Shown in pieces: positions 9,818-18,761 of a stretch of DNA of 64,000 nt. Within the stretch, counting starts at the first letter, position 1; every line of letters starts with the position of its first letter. A program made the position numbers and the translations under genes. The notes under the pieces are model-generated. The model was not told the DNA's origin, searched no databases, and worked only from the letters and a program-made list of their open reading frames with translations. Source of the stretch: a bacterium (lineage in GTDB: Bacteria; Patescibacteriota; Minisyncoccia; Phycocordibacterales; UBA1006). The stretch spans positions 2,839 through 66,838 of the forward strand of contig JBAWXN010000004.1 in NCBI GenBank assembly GCA_037144045.1, given 5' to 3'.

Positions 9818-10915
9818 TTATAACAACTTTATAACGTCTTTTACCGTAATTACGAGCATTAATAGAAGTAGTAAGACAAATCCTGCTCCGTTTACCCATT
9901 CCACAAATTTCTTAGGGAGAGGTCGACGAATAATCGCTTCGATAATTACAAACACAATTCGTCCACCATCAAGGGCTGGAAACGGAAGAATGTTAATAAT
10001 TGCTAAGTTCACAGAAATAATTGCAATTACCATCAACAATGAAGTAAATCCAACTTGTTCTGCTTCACCTATTATTTTAGTAAGTCCTACTGGTCCAGAA
10101 ATAGTATTAAGGTTTACATTACCTGAAATAAGACGCACAAAAGCCTGCCCAGTACTTTCAACAACACGCACCGTCGTAGTAAATCCTTGGCTAAGTGAAG
10201 TAAAGAATGAAAGTCCTGGCTGGTATCCCACCTGATCAACCGCAACACCAATAGCAACATGATCAGCAACGATTCCTGTTTTAGGAGTAAGCACAATATC
10301 TTTCACCGTATCACCTCGCGTTACAGAAACCGTTATTGCATCTTGCTCAGTTCCCGATTGGATAAAAGTTGTGAACGCAGCTACGTCAGGATTTACCAAG
10401 ATTGATTTATTACTTGCAATTTTAGTAACAACATCGCCCGTAGCAATACCTGCGGTAGCTGCCGGTGAATTAGGTGCAACATCAAGCACTGTGAGTTGTA
10501 CATCCTTCAATAATTCGGGATGATCTGTTTGTGATGCAAGTGTTGGCGCACCCGCCATAAGCATTCCTGAAAAAATAACCCAGGCTAGAATTACGTTCAT
10601 CGTAACCCCTGCCGCAAGTACTGCAATTTGCTGCCACCACTTTTTAGCAATGAGACTTCTTTTAAAATCTGGATCATTTTTATCAAGAGAGTCTTCACCG
10701 TAAATTTTTACGAACCCCCCAAAAGGAATCCAGTTTAAGGTATAATCAGTTCCTTGGTAAGAAAATAATTTAACCGCGCGCGGGGGAAATCCAAGTCCAA
10801 ATTCATCGACTCGAATACCACACCATTTAGCCACCAAAAAATGACCCAGTTCGTGAACTAATACAATGAGCGCTAGCACTCCTATAAGGAGCAAAATTGA
10901 AATAAAAATTTGCAT
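9818..10915 (-). CDS. rseP: RseP-like site-2 protease (M50 family)
   Basis: 365 aa; HELGHF motif in the first TM helix, central PDZ-like region, multi-TM M50 architecture. Confidence 0.8.
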   Translation of the reverse strand: MQIFISILLLIGVLALIVLVHELGHFLVAKWCGIRVDEFGLGFPPRAVKLFSYQGTDYTLNWIPFGGFVKIYGEDSLDKNDPDFKRSLIAKKWWQQIAVLAAGVTMNVILAWVIFSGMLMAGAPTLASQTDHPELLKDVQLTVLDVAPNSPAATAGIATGDVVTKIASNKSILVNPDVAAFTTFIQSGTEQDAITVSVTRGDTVKDIVLTPKTGIVADHVAIGVAVDQVGYQPGLSFFTSLSQGFTTTVRVVESTGQAFVRLISGNVNLNTISGPVGLTKIIGEAEQVGFTSLLMVIAIISVNLAIINILPFPALDGGRIVFVIIEAIIRRPLPKKFVEWVNGAGFVLLLLLMLVITVKDVIKLL

Positions 10916-10918
10916 AGA

Positions 10919-11461
10919 TTAGACTGTGGTAATATCAGATTCTTTTTTAGTAAATAATTCTTCGAGTTTATTGTTAATGTCGTCAACATGTTTCTGGAGG
11001 TCTTCTTTCGCTCGGAATGCATCGTCTTCTGACTTTTCTGTTTCAGCAATGTCTTTATCAGTCGTTTGACGTTCAAGGCGTACCTTCACGCGCGCCTCTT
11101 CAAGTTTTTCTTTACAGAGTTTTACGAGTGACAATTTACTTTCTGCGGTAAGTTGAGGTACTGAAATACGGAGTCCTGAACTATCTACTGTTACAGATAA
11201 TGGAAGTCCTGAGTCTCGGATTGCGGTTTCAATACTTTTAATAACTCCCTTATCCCAAGGAGTAACACGAATCGTACGGAGTTCTTCAATGGTAACTGAC
11301 GCAACATTTTTGATTGGTTGATAGGTACCATAGGATTCAACATTAATTGAATCAAGAAGACTTGGATTTGCTCGTCCTGTAGAAATTTGTGAAAATTCTT
11401 TCTTGAGCCATTCTTCAATACCAGTAAATGCTTGTTTAAGCGGTGAAAAGTTATATGCCAT
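10919..11461 (-). CDS. frr: ribosome recycling factor
   Basis: 180 aa; typical Frr length and coiled-coil C-terminus. Confidence 0.85.
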   Translation of the reverse strand: MAYNFSPLKQAFTGIEEWLKKEFSQISTGRANPSLLDSINVESYGTYQPIKNVASVTIEELRTIRVTPWDKGVIKSIETAIRDSGLPLSVTVDSSGLRISVPQLTAESKLSLVKLCKEKLEEARVKVRLERQTTDKDIAETEKSEDDAFRAKEDLQKHVDDINNKLEELFTKKESDITTV

Positions 11462-11558
11462 ATGTGCTTATACTAGCACGATTTCACTAAGTTTTCCAAT
11501 ATTCTTTTCAGGATAATGGCAATAAAAAAACCAGTGCACGAGGCACTGGAAGTAATTT

Positions 11559-11951
11559 TCACTTTATATAAATTTCAAAAGAAAAGAATAGTTCATCATC
11601 TTCATGGGGACCAGATTCTGTTTTCTTAATATTTCGTATAAAATAGTTTTTGTAATTTTTTTCTGAAACGCCTTTGGCTTTGAGTATTTCGCGCTTACAG
11701 AGTTCAGAAAGTTGGTTTTCATCCATAGAAAAACTCAGAATTGTCTCTCGAGTACCTAAATCAGTTTTTAACTGTTCTTTTGCTTTATATGTTACTGTAG
11801 ATAACATATTTGCTGAAACAGGACCCCATATAAGGATAAACTCCTCAACAGGTTTTACCGTATTAGTAAACGACTGGCTACGTGCAAATTGCACCGCGTT
11901 TAAAATGATTATTTTAAGCTGTTGGTACGTGTATGAATGTTTTCCAAGCAT
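11559..11951 (-). CDS. hypothetical protein
   Basis: 130 aa ORF with a hairpin terminator (ccagtgcacgaggcactgg) at about 11529-11547. Confidence 0.35.
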   Translation of the reverse strand: MLGKHSYTYQQLKIIILNAVQFARSQSFTNTVKPVEEFILIWGPVSANMLSTVTYKAKEQLKTDLGTRETILSFSMDENQLSELCKREILKAKGVSEKNYKNYFIRNIKKTESGPHEDDELFFSFEIYIK

Positions 11952-11997
11952 GGTGTGAATTTTGCATATTAAAACACAAATTCAACTAAAAAGCAAC

Positions 11998-12659
11998 CTA
12001 CCCTTTTGGGCACACTATAGCTAAGAAATCTAAAATGATTCGGTGTGAACTTCCTCGTGTCGAGGCGTATTCGTGCATTTTACGAATATCGGCAAATAAT
12101 TGCTCATCACGGTTCCCCTGTTCCCATAATTTCTTCTCAAGAAGATCTATAAACGTAAGCACTTCTGTTTTAGTAACATTGTCTTCATCTTTTTTATTTT
12201 TAGTCCATGATTCAATAAAAGCAAACCGATCATTGGTCGACTTTTTTAAAAAATCATCAACAGTAATACGTGAAGTTCCCCGATCAGTATTTCCTGAAAT
12301 AACCTGACATCGGGAAAGAATGGTTGGTAATAGCTGATCAGTACTCGGGATAACTACAACAACATACGTACATGTGGTTCTTCTATTGTTTTGAGTAATC
12401 TATTTTGTACTTGAGCATCCATGCGATCGCAAGAAATAATACAGATTCTACATTCTGAAACCTTTTGTGAGGAAAGCAGAGAAACTATTTTTTCAACATC
12501 ATCTGTAAGGAGTTGTTCATCATTAAAAATATACACGTCAGGATTTCCTTGAATCGAAATTCCCTGCTCGCTCAAAAACAACTTGAACTGCTCAAGGTTC
12601 TTTTCTCGATTTCCTGTAATAATTGTTGCATGACTCAAAGTATCTAACATTCCAAACAT
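11998..12659 (-). CDS. holB: DNA polymerase III delta-prime subunit (HolB-like), interrupted by an apparent single-nucleotide frameshift near 12372-12377
   Basis: The N-terminal ORF (12354..12659) ends ...LLKTIEEPHVRMLL*; a second frame continues TCTYVVVVIPSTDQLLPTILSRCQ..., matching the canonical LLKTLEEPP...LLPTIRSRCQ delta-prime motifs, through to a stop at 11998. Confidence 0.55.
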
Positions 12660-12698
12660 ATCCTCTATCCTATCAAAAAAGCCGCGGCTACGCGACTA

Positions 12699-12947
12699 TT
12701 ACATTTTACTTTCAAGTGCTCTAATTCTCGATCCGTGATTTACCTCCATCCTTTCAAGTCGATTTTCTATTCGGTCAAAGCGCGCGTCCATAATACTAAA
12801 GCCTTGCATCATGAGCGTCTGGAGACTGTCAACTTTTTGATCAATCTTACAAGAAAGCTTCGTTCCCAGCCGTTCTTCAGATTCCCTGATGAGTTCTGCA
12901 ATTTTTTCGAGAGTAACTTCTTCTTTCATGAGGATAATTATATACAC
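12699..12947 (-). CDS. small coiled-coil protein, hypothetical
   Basis: 82 aa ORF with charged heptad-like sequence. Confidence 0.35.
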   Translation of the reverse strand: MYIIILMKEEVTLEKIAELIRESEERLGTKLSCKIDQKVDSLQTLMMQGFSIMDARFDRIENRLERMEVNHGSRIRALESKM

Positions 12948-13001
12948 TAAAAAACCGCATGCAACTGCGATTTTTGGGCGAGTTTAGAAAAAATTTATTT
13001 C

Positions 13002-14015
13002 CTATTTCGTAGCAAGTAGCGCACGATTATAGGTATCCATATGATCAAGCGCGACTCCGATTCCTTTAGCAACACAGTAGAGCGGGTCTTCTGCAAGTAC
13101 CGCCTTTACTCCTGTTTTGCGATATACCAAATCAGTAAGGTTGCGCAGTTGTGATGATCCCCCAGTCATTACAATACCATTATCAATAATATCAGCAGCA
13201 AGTTCTGGAAGTGTTTGCTGGAGCACATCCTTAATTGCATCAATGATTTTCAACAATTCGCTATCAATAGCACGGACAATTTCATTAGTTGAAATTTTTA
13301 CAGAACGAGGAAGTCCGGTTACATAATCGCGTCCTTTAATAATAAGTTCAAGTTCTTCTTCGAGTGGAATTGCAGCACCAATTTTAATTTTAATTTTTTC
13401 AGCAGTTCGATCGCCGATAGCAAGGTTGTAGTGTTTTTTAATGTAATCAGTAATCGCTCGGTCAATTTTGTTTCCTGCACATTTTACTGAAGTACATGCT
13501 TGAATAGATCCCAATGAAATGACTGCAACGTCAGTAGTTCCTCCACCAATATCTACTACCATGTGACCATGCGGTTCATTAATAGGAATACCTGCACCAA
13601 TAGCGGCAACAATAGGTTCACGCACCACGTGAGCCACTTTAGCACCAGCTTTAATAGCCGCTTCTACTACGGCACGTCGTTCCGTAGAGGTTACCCCAGC
13701 TGGAACAGAAATCATTACTTCTGGTTTTATGAACCCCATTCCCCCAAGTGCCTTTTTCATAAAATAGCGCAGCATGGCTTCGGTTACTCGATAATCTGCA
13801 ATTACCCCATCGCGCATAGGTCGGTACGCAATAATTGAATCAGGTGTTTTTCCAAGCATGGCTCGGGCATCAGACCCAATAGCAAGTATTTGATTGTCGT
13901 ATTCCGAAATAGCCACCACTGACGGCTCATTAATTACAATCCCTTTTCCAGGAACATATACCAAGACGTTTGCCGTCCCGAGGTCAATACCGAGTTTTTT
14001 CGAGAAGAATCCCAT
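13002..14015 (-). CDS. mreB: rod-shape determining actin homologue MreB
   Basis: Strong MreB sequence (LGIDLGTANVLVY, DIGGGTTDVAVIS); likely start at MGFFSKK (14015). Confidence 0.9.
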   Translation of the reverse strand: MGFFSKKLGIDLGTANVLVYVPGKGIVINEPSVVAISEYDNQILAIGSDARAMLGKTPDSIIAYRPMRDGVIADYRVTEAMLRYFMKKALGGMGFIKPEVMISVPAGVTSTERRAVVEAAIKAGAKVAHVVREPIVAAIGAGIPINEPHGHMVVDIGGGTTDVAVISLGSIQACTSVKCAGNKIDRAITDYIKKHYNLAIGDRTAEKIKIKIGAAIPLEEELELIIKGRDYVTGLPRSVKISTNEIVRAIDSELLKIIDAIKDVLQQTLPELAADIIDNGIVMTGGSSQLRNLTDLVYRKTGVKAVLAEDPLYCVAKGIGVALDHMDTYNRALLATK

Positions 14016-14048
14016 ATGTCCGAAAGTACCACAAACCGACAAAAAAAA

Positions 14049-14065
14049 CCACCCTTGACGGGTGG
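14049..14065 (-). terminator. rho-independent terminator after murA
   Basis: Hairpin ccacccttgacgggtgg with a T-run on minus. Confidence 0.55.
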
Positions 14066-14072
14066 TTCGTAA

Positions 14073-15485
14073 CTAATCAACAAGCTCAATATCCGCTCCA
14101 CTATCTATAAATTTTTGCACGAAATCTGGCGACCTGCGCAGTAACGGTCCAATGTCGGCAATAATAGTCTTTCCGGTACGACCGAGCGCCACAGAAAATA
14201 ATGCACGCGTCCCTTCGATAACTGGCACACCTGGGATGGTAACTTCATTTCCATGTTCACGAACAAAATATTCTTCTTCGTTATCTGCAGATCCGGTAAT
14301 AGAAATCTTCTGTGTGCCAAATTCTGTTGGAAATAATACTATCGAAGCACCGAGCTGATTCATCTGCTCGACATAACCAAGACCGTCTTCGTACATCCAG
14401 TTATTTACCACCGTTGAAATTGCAGTATAAGCACTCGCACTTGCAAGAGCAATAAAACTTGGCAAGCAATCAACCGGAAATCCAGGCCATGGCCGTGGAT
14501 TCATTTTCCAAGCAATATCATTTGCTTTTGAAAATCCATCTATGGGCGCATAAACACTTTCAATGCCGCGTATCATAACTCCATCACTTCGTACTTCGCA
14601 GTGAATTCCTGTTTTTACGAGAAACTCTACCATGGAACGAATTGCGATTGTTGGTAAACAGTTCAAGAACACATCACTCCGGGTAAGTACTGCCGTTACT
14701 GCAGTACCGTAGAAATCAACATGATCAGGCTCTTCCTGAAAATCATATTCAAATCCTTTTATCTTCCCAAAACAACCCTTCACCGTAAGCACACTTCCCT
14801 TGCCTTCAATGGTCACTCCCATCATACGGAGTATTTTCACCAAACATTCAACATGGGGTTCGTGCGCAATGCCTTGGACCTCAACATCAAACTTAGTAAC
14901 TATACTCAATAACATAAGCAAGTTTTCAGTAGGAGTTACTGATGCCTCAGAAAAAATAAACGTTTTGCGAGTGGTTTCAGAAGAAAATTGGACTAAGTCA
15001 TTACTTTTCAACTTACTCTGATCAACCCCAAACTGAATGCGCGGAACATCACCTGTTTCTTTTGGTGACTTAAATGCACAATTAACCCCAAGTTGTTCAA
15101 GGTAATAGATGTGGTCTTCTGGTCCACGATATCCCAACTTGCAACCAATGGCAACCGGGACGTTTGCATAACCAAATCGAGCGAGCAGTGGACCAACAAA
15201 TAATATTGCTGACTGAATATCCGCAACACATTGCGAAATCGCTTGCGAGGTAATATTTTTACAACAAACCATTAATGTATCATCAGTCCATTGATACGTT
15301 CCGCCAATCTGCTGAATGGCTTCAAGTATTTTTAATACATCAGGACTTTTCGGCACGTGATGCAAAATACATTCCTCCTCAGTAAGAAGTGTTGCGCAAA
15401 GCACCGGCAACATAGCATTTTTATTGGGGGTTATTGTAATGGTTCCCGATAATTTTTTTCCGCCATTAATAACTAATTTTGCCAT
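14073..15485 (-). CDS. murA: UDP-N-acetylglucosamine 1-carboxyvinyltransferase
   Basis: 470 aa; MAKLVINGGKKLSGTI N-terminus and MurA/EPSP-synthase fold sequence throughout. Confidence 0.9.
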   Translation of the reverse strand: MAKLVINGGKKLSGTITITPNKNAMLPVLCATLLTEEECILHHVPKSPDVLKILEAIQQIGGTYQWTDDTLMVCCKNITSQAISQCVADIQSAILFVGPLLARFGYANVPVAIGCKLGYRGPEDHIYYLEQLGVNCAFKSPKETGDVPRIQFGVDQSKLKSNDLVQFSSETTRKTFIFSEASVTPTENLLMLLSIVTKFDVEVQGIAHEPHVECLVKILRMMGVTIEGKGSVLTVKGCFGKIKGFEYDFQEEPDHVDFYGTAVTAVLTRSDVFLNCLPTIAIRSMVEFLVKTGIHCEVRSDGVMIRGIESVYAPIDGFSKANDIAWKMNPRPWPGFPVDCLPSFIALASASAYTAISTVVNNWMYEDGLGYVEQMNQLGASIVLFPTEFGTQKISITGSADNEEEYFVREHGNEVTIPGVPVIEGTRALFSVALGRTGKTIIADIGPLLRRSPDFVQKFIDSGADIELVD

Positions 15486-15581
15486 ATTCTTTCAATTTTT
15501 AGGTACATAATAATAGCCATCAAATCGACAATACCACATCTATTTCGTTTTTCAAGAATAGTTACATTGAAACACAAGAAA

Positions 15582-16496
15582 TCACAACTCGGCAATTAAT
15601 CTTTTTGCAAAATCTTGAATCGGGAAATACGTTCCTGGATTAATGGTTTTAGTAACCGAAAAAACTACTATGATATAGTTTCGCCCATCGGGAAGCGCTG
15701 CAACACCTGCATCGTTACTCCATCTAATAATTGCCCAACCCTTCTTAATAATCGCCTTAAGAAGTGACAATATTCCATGATTATAGAGATTCGTTTCAAG
15801 CCAGCCACCTTTTGCATAATAATGTGAAAATTGGTCTGGTAACCATAAACCAAGCTTTGATTGTCTATTAAATTGAGTCATGTATTCTTTTAATTTTTGA
15901 GACACAAAAGGACTCACCAACTTCCCCTTTTCTACCAAGTAGAAAAATTCCGCAAAATGGCGTGAACAAGACATGGTGGTGCTTGAAAATTGATAGGGTT
16001 TTTCTTCTTTTATTCTATCTAAAAATTTTCGAGTTACCTCGCTCCCATGCCAATTATTTTTGTAAATAATATTTTCAGTAATTGATTCACGTCCAACAAG
16101 ATCAATTAAACAATTTGAGGCCGTGTTATCTGAACGAGTTAACATAAGATCTAATAACTGATCAATACTCACTTCTTCTCCTGCGCTGAGCAATTTACGG
16201 GTATCACCTGGAAAAATACGCGCATCTTTGTCTACATCATTAGGTGCTTTAACAATAATTTTTTGCGCCAATGTAACATCACCTATTTCTATGCGTCGTA
16301 ATACCTCTGCACCAATAAAAACTTTATACATACTGGCAGGATAAATAAAATGGTCCAAATTATAACCAAAAATTTCTGGTTCAGACTGGTTTAAGTCAAC
16401 CACCGCAAAACTCATTTCATATTCTGAAATAAGGTCCTTAAAAACACTCTGAAGTTCGGCACTTCTTGTTTTATTTTCAGTGAGAATTCTTGTCAT
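15582..16496 (-). CDS. class A beta-lactamase-fold serine hydrolase (beta-lactamase / DD-peptidase-like)
   Basis: 304 aa; SxxK (SMYK), SDN (TRSDNTASN) and KxG (AKGGW) motifs in the canonical order. Confidence 0.6.
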   Translation of the reverse strand: MTRILTENKTRSAELQSVFKDLISEYEMSFAVVDLNQSEPEIFGYNLDHFIYPASMYKVFIGAEVLRRIEIGDVTLAQKIIVKAPNDVDKDARIFPGDTRKLLSAGEEVSIDQLLDLMLTRSDNTASNCLIDLVGRESITENIIYKNNWHGSEVTRKFLDRIKEEKPYQFSSTTMSCSRHFAEFFYLVEKGKLVSPFVSQKLKEYMTQFNRQSKLGLWLPDQFSHYYAKGGWLETNLYNHGILSLLKAIIKKGWAIIRWSNDAGVAALPDGRNYIIVVFSVTKTINPGTYFPIQDFAKRLIAEL

Positions 16497-16924
16497 GATG
16501 ATTGTGTCCAGAAACCATTAAGTTCTCGCTTGCCTGCAAGGTATTCTTCAATACGCCACTTAGTTGGCTTGGTAATGGTTTCAGGTAAAGCAGTTAATGG
16601 AAACCACGCTGCTTTTTGAATTTCAATTTCAAGTTTCGGAATTATTTTATTAGGAGCAGTTGCAACAAAAATAAATACCGTGTCACGCTTACCTTCTGCT
16701 TTTGAGCAGTATTCCCCTAACTGATAATCAGCATCACTTATCATTATTCCTGTTTCCTCACGTAATTCACGGAGTGCACCTTGTGCAGGATTTTCTGTTT
16801 TCTTTATTCCTCCTCCAGGTAAATTCCAATAATTTGATTTCCGAGGTTGGACTAATAATACTTGCTGATCATGCACAACAAGCACCCGTGCACCAAATGT
16901 TACGGGCTTTACAATCCTCCAATA
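16493..16924 (-). CDS. NUDIX hydrolase
   Basis: Nudix box GGGIKKTENPAQGALRELREETGI; the ORF track extends to 17080 but the internal M at 16924 or 16993 is the likelier start because the longer version overlaps the upstream dipeptidase gene. Confidence 0.65.
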   Translation of the reverse strand, partial: YWRIVKPVTFGARVLVVHDQQVLLVQPRKSNYWNLPGGGIKKTENPAQGALRELREETGIMISDADYQLGEYCSKAEGKRDTVFIFVATAPNKIIPKLEIEIQKAAWFPLTALPETITKPTKWRIEEYLAGKRELNGFWTQSS

Positions 16925-16982
16925 CATGCGAACACCGACAAGTGCTGTACTGTACACAATATTTTTTATTGTTTCAATAATG

Positions 16983-17645
16983 TTATTTTTCATATTCAGA
17001 TACCGGCCCGTATATGCACGTAGTACGTCCAGTATATACAGCCCACATACGATCACCAAAACAATAATGCCACCATTCACCGGGATACCACACGAACCCA
17101 GCAGACTCCATAGCTTTCCTGAGAATGGTTCGATTTTGTTCTTGTGCTGTAGTGATGTTTCTTGAAAACATCGGACACGTACTTCTTCCTAGTTCATCAG
17201 CTGGTCCATACTCAGTCCCAAAATCAACCATCACACCTTGATCATTAACGAGACATACATCTACTGCGCCACCACACACGTGATTAGTGATTCCTGCTGG
17301 CCTTGCTACTACCAATCCTACTTCTTGATTAATCTGTTCGTCTGACCAATCTGGATTTTCAGATTTCACCACACTCCATTTTCTTTCCCATGCTTGCTGC
17401 TGCCTCTCAAGCGAACGATACCCATCAAGGAGTTTCAAATATACTCCTTCAGGAAGCTGCTTCTTTACTTGTTCAATTTTTTGAGCAACGGTACCGCGAA
17501 TCTTAAATCCATCATATACCACCAATGACTCATCATTTTCTTGAATAGAAACATGCTCCCAATGTTTTCTAGGAAGTACGTGAATAATCTGACGATATGG
17601 AATAGAGGTAATTCTATAAATCCAGTATGGGATAATCATGATCAA
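16983..17645 (-). CDS. D-Ala-D-Ala dipeptidase (VanX/DdpX, M15D family)
   Basis: 220 aa; LLDGYRSLERQQ, VARPAGITNHVCGGAVDV and GFVWYPGEWWHYCFGD match the VanX zinc-ligand and catalytic motifs. Confidence 0.75.
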   Translation of the reverse strand: MIMIIPYWIYRITSIPYRQIIHVLPRKHWEHVSIQENDESLVVYDGFKIRGTVAQKIEQVKKQLPEGVYLKLLDGYRSLERQQQAWERKWSVVKSENPDWSDEQINQEVGLVVARPAGITNHVCGGAVDVCLVNDQGVMVDFGTEYGPADELGRSTCPMFSRNITTAQEQNRTILRKAMESAGFVWYPGEWWHYCFGDRMWAVYTGRTTCIYGPVSEYEK

Positions 17646-17661
17646 ATTCTAACATAAAAAA

Positions 17662-17680
17662 ACCTACAGGTATTCTGTAG
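17662..17680 (-). terminator. rho-independent terminator after the HAD-domain gene
   Basis: Hairpin cctacaggtattctgtagg with a T-run on minus. Confidence 0.5.
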
Positions 17681-17688
17681 GTTACTGA

Positions 17689-18690
17689 TTATTTCTTTTT
17701 AGTAAACAGTTTTTTAACATATTCAAATACATCATTCCCCGTTAAGGAAATATGTACCTGCGGTAAATCAATATCTTTATGATATTCCCCTAAATAAATC
17801 GCATACATGTTCCCTGCACGTGCGCCATACACATCGGAATACCCATCGCCAATTACTAAACAACGATTAGGAGTCGCGTTCAGCACTTCAGCCGCCTTAA
17901 GGAACACATCAGGTGCAGGCTTTGGATTGGTTACTTCTTCAGCAGATACATAATGTAACCCAAAGTAATCCTTGAGTCGGTATTCTTTCCCGTCTTGTGA
18001 AACGAGCATGCGCTTCATAAGTAAATCAAGGTACCACCGCGGCGATGCCGATGCAATACATATAGGAATACTGTTTTCCTTTAATAACTCAAGGAGTTCG
18101 AACATTCCTGGTATTGCAATGATTTCGTCTTCTTCAAGCATCTTACGCACGATAACCCATTTTTCTTTGTAGAGAATTTCTGGATCTAGGTGTGATGCTA
18201 GTTCTAAAAAAACTTTTTTCGTTGACATCCCAGCATACTTTTTTGAAATCCCTTCAGGAATAACCTTAATGTTATACCTTGCAAGAACCTGTGCCTCTGC
18301 ATTGGCATGGATACGATTCTGAGCATCCACTAACACACCATCAAAATCGAACAGTACTGCATCATACGGAAATTCTGAACGAGAAATAGTATTCCTGCTT
18401 TTAATTCGGTAATACGCAATAACTATTCCAAGCGATACCAACGCAATAAGCATAGTACCGGTGATAGTAAAATACTCACCGTGCAGATACATCCAAACAG
18501 ACGAATTAAGGTTCATAAAAAAGAATCCGAGATATGATTTTACCTCTATTCCTTGATAATGTTTTGTTTTAATCAAGTGTCGTAGTTGTAATGCAAAAAA
18601 GTATGCCGAAACAAACCATCCTGCAGTAAAAATCCAGTTACATAAAGTCGTCAATCCTTGAACGACGTCAATCCATAGGAGTATATTCAT
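17689..18690 (-). CDS. membrane-anchored HAD-superfamily hydrolase
   Basis: 333 aa; four N-terminal TM helices, then HAD motif I FDFDGVLVD and motif IV GDGYSD. Confidence 0.7.
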   Translation of the reverse strand: MNILLWIDVVQGLTTLCNWIFTAGWFVSAYFFALQLRHLIKTKHYQGIEVKSYLGFFFMNLNSSVWMYLHGEYFTITGTMLIALVSLGIVIAYYRIKSRNTISRSEFPYDAVLFDFDGVLVDAQNRIHANAEAQVLARYNIKVIPEGISKKYAGMSTKKVFLELASHLDPEILYKEKWVIVRKMLEEDEIIAIPGMFELLELLKENSIPICIASASPRWYLDLLMKRMLVSQDGKEYRLKDYFGLHYVSAEEVTNPKPAPDVFLKAAEVLNATPNRCLVIGDGYSDVYGARAGNMYAIYLGEYHKDIDLPQVHISLTGNDVFEYVKKLFTKKK

Positions 18691-18761
18691 ATTGTAAATT
18701 TACAACACAATACCACATATATAGTAAAAATCAATAATCTATATTATGGTATAGTACCCCT

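Noticed and set aside
12035-12307. 90 aa plus-strand ORF
   Set aside because: It is antisense to the frameshifted holB region. The minus strand carries the conserved LLPTILSRCQ motif, so the plus ORF is a shadow.
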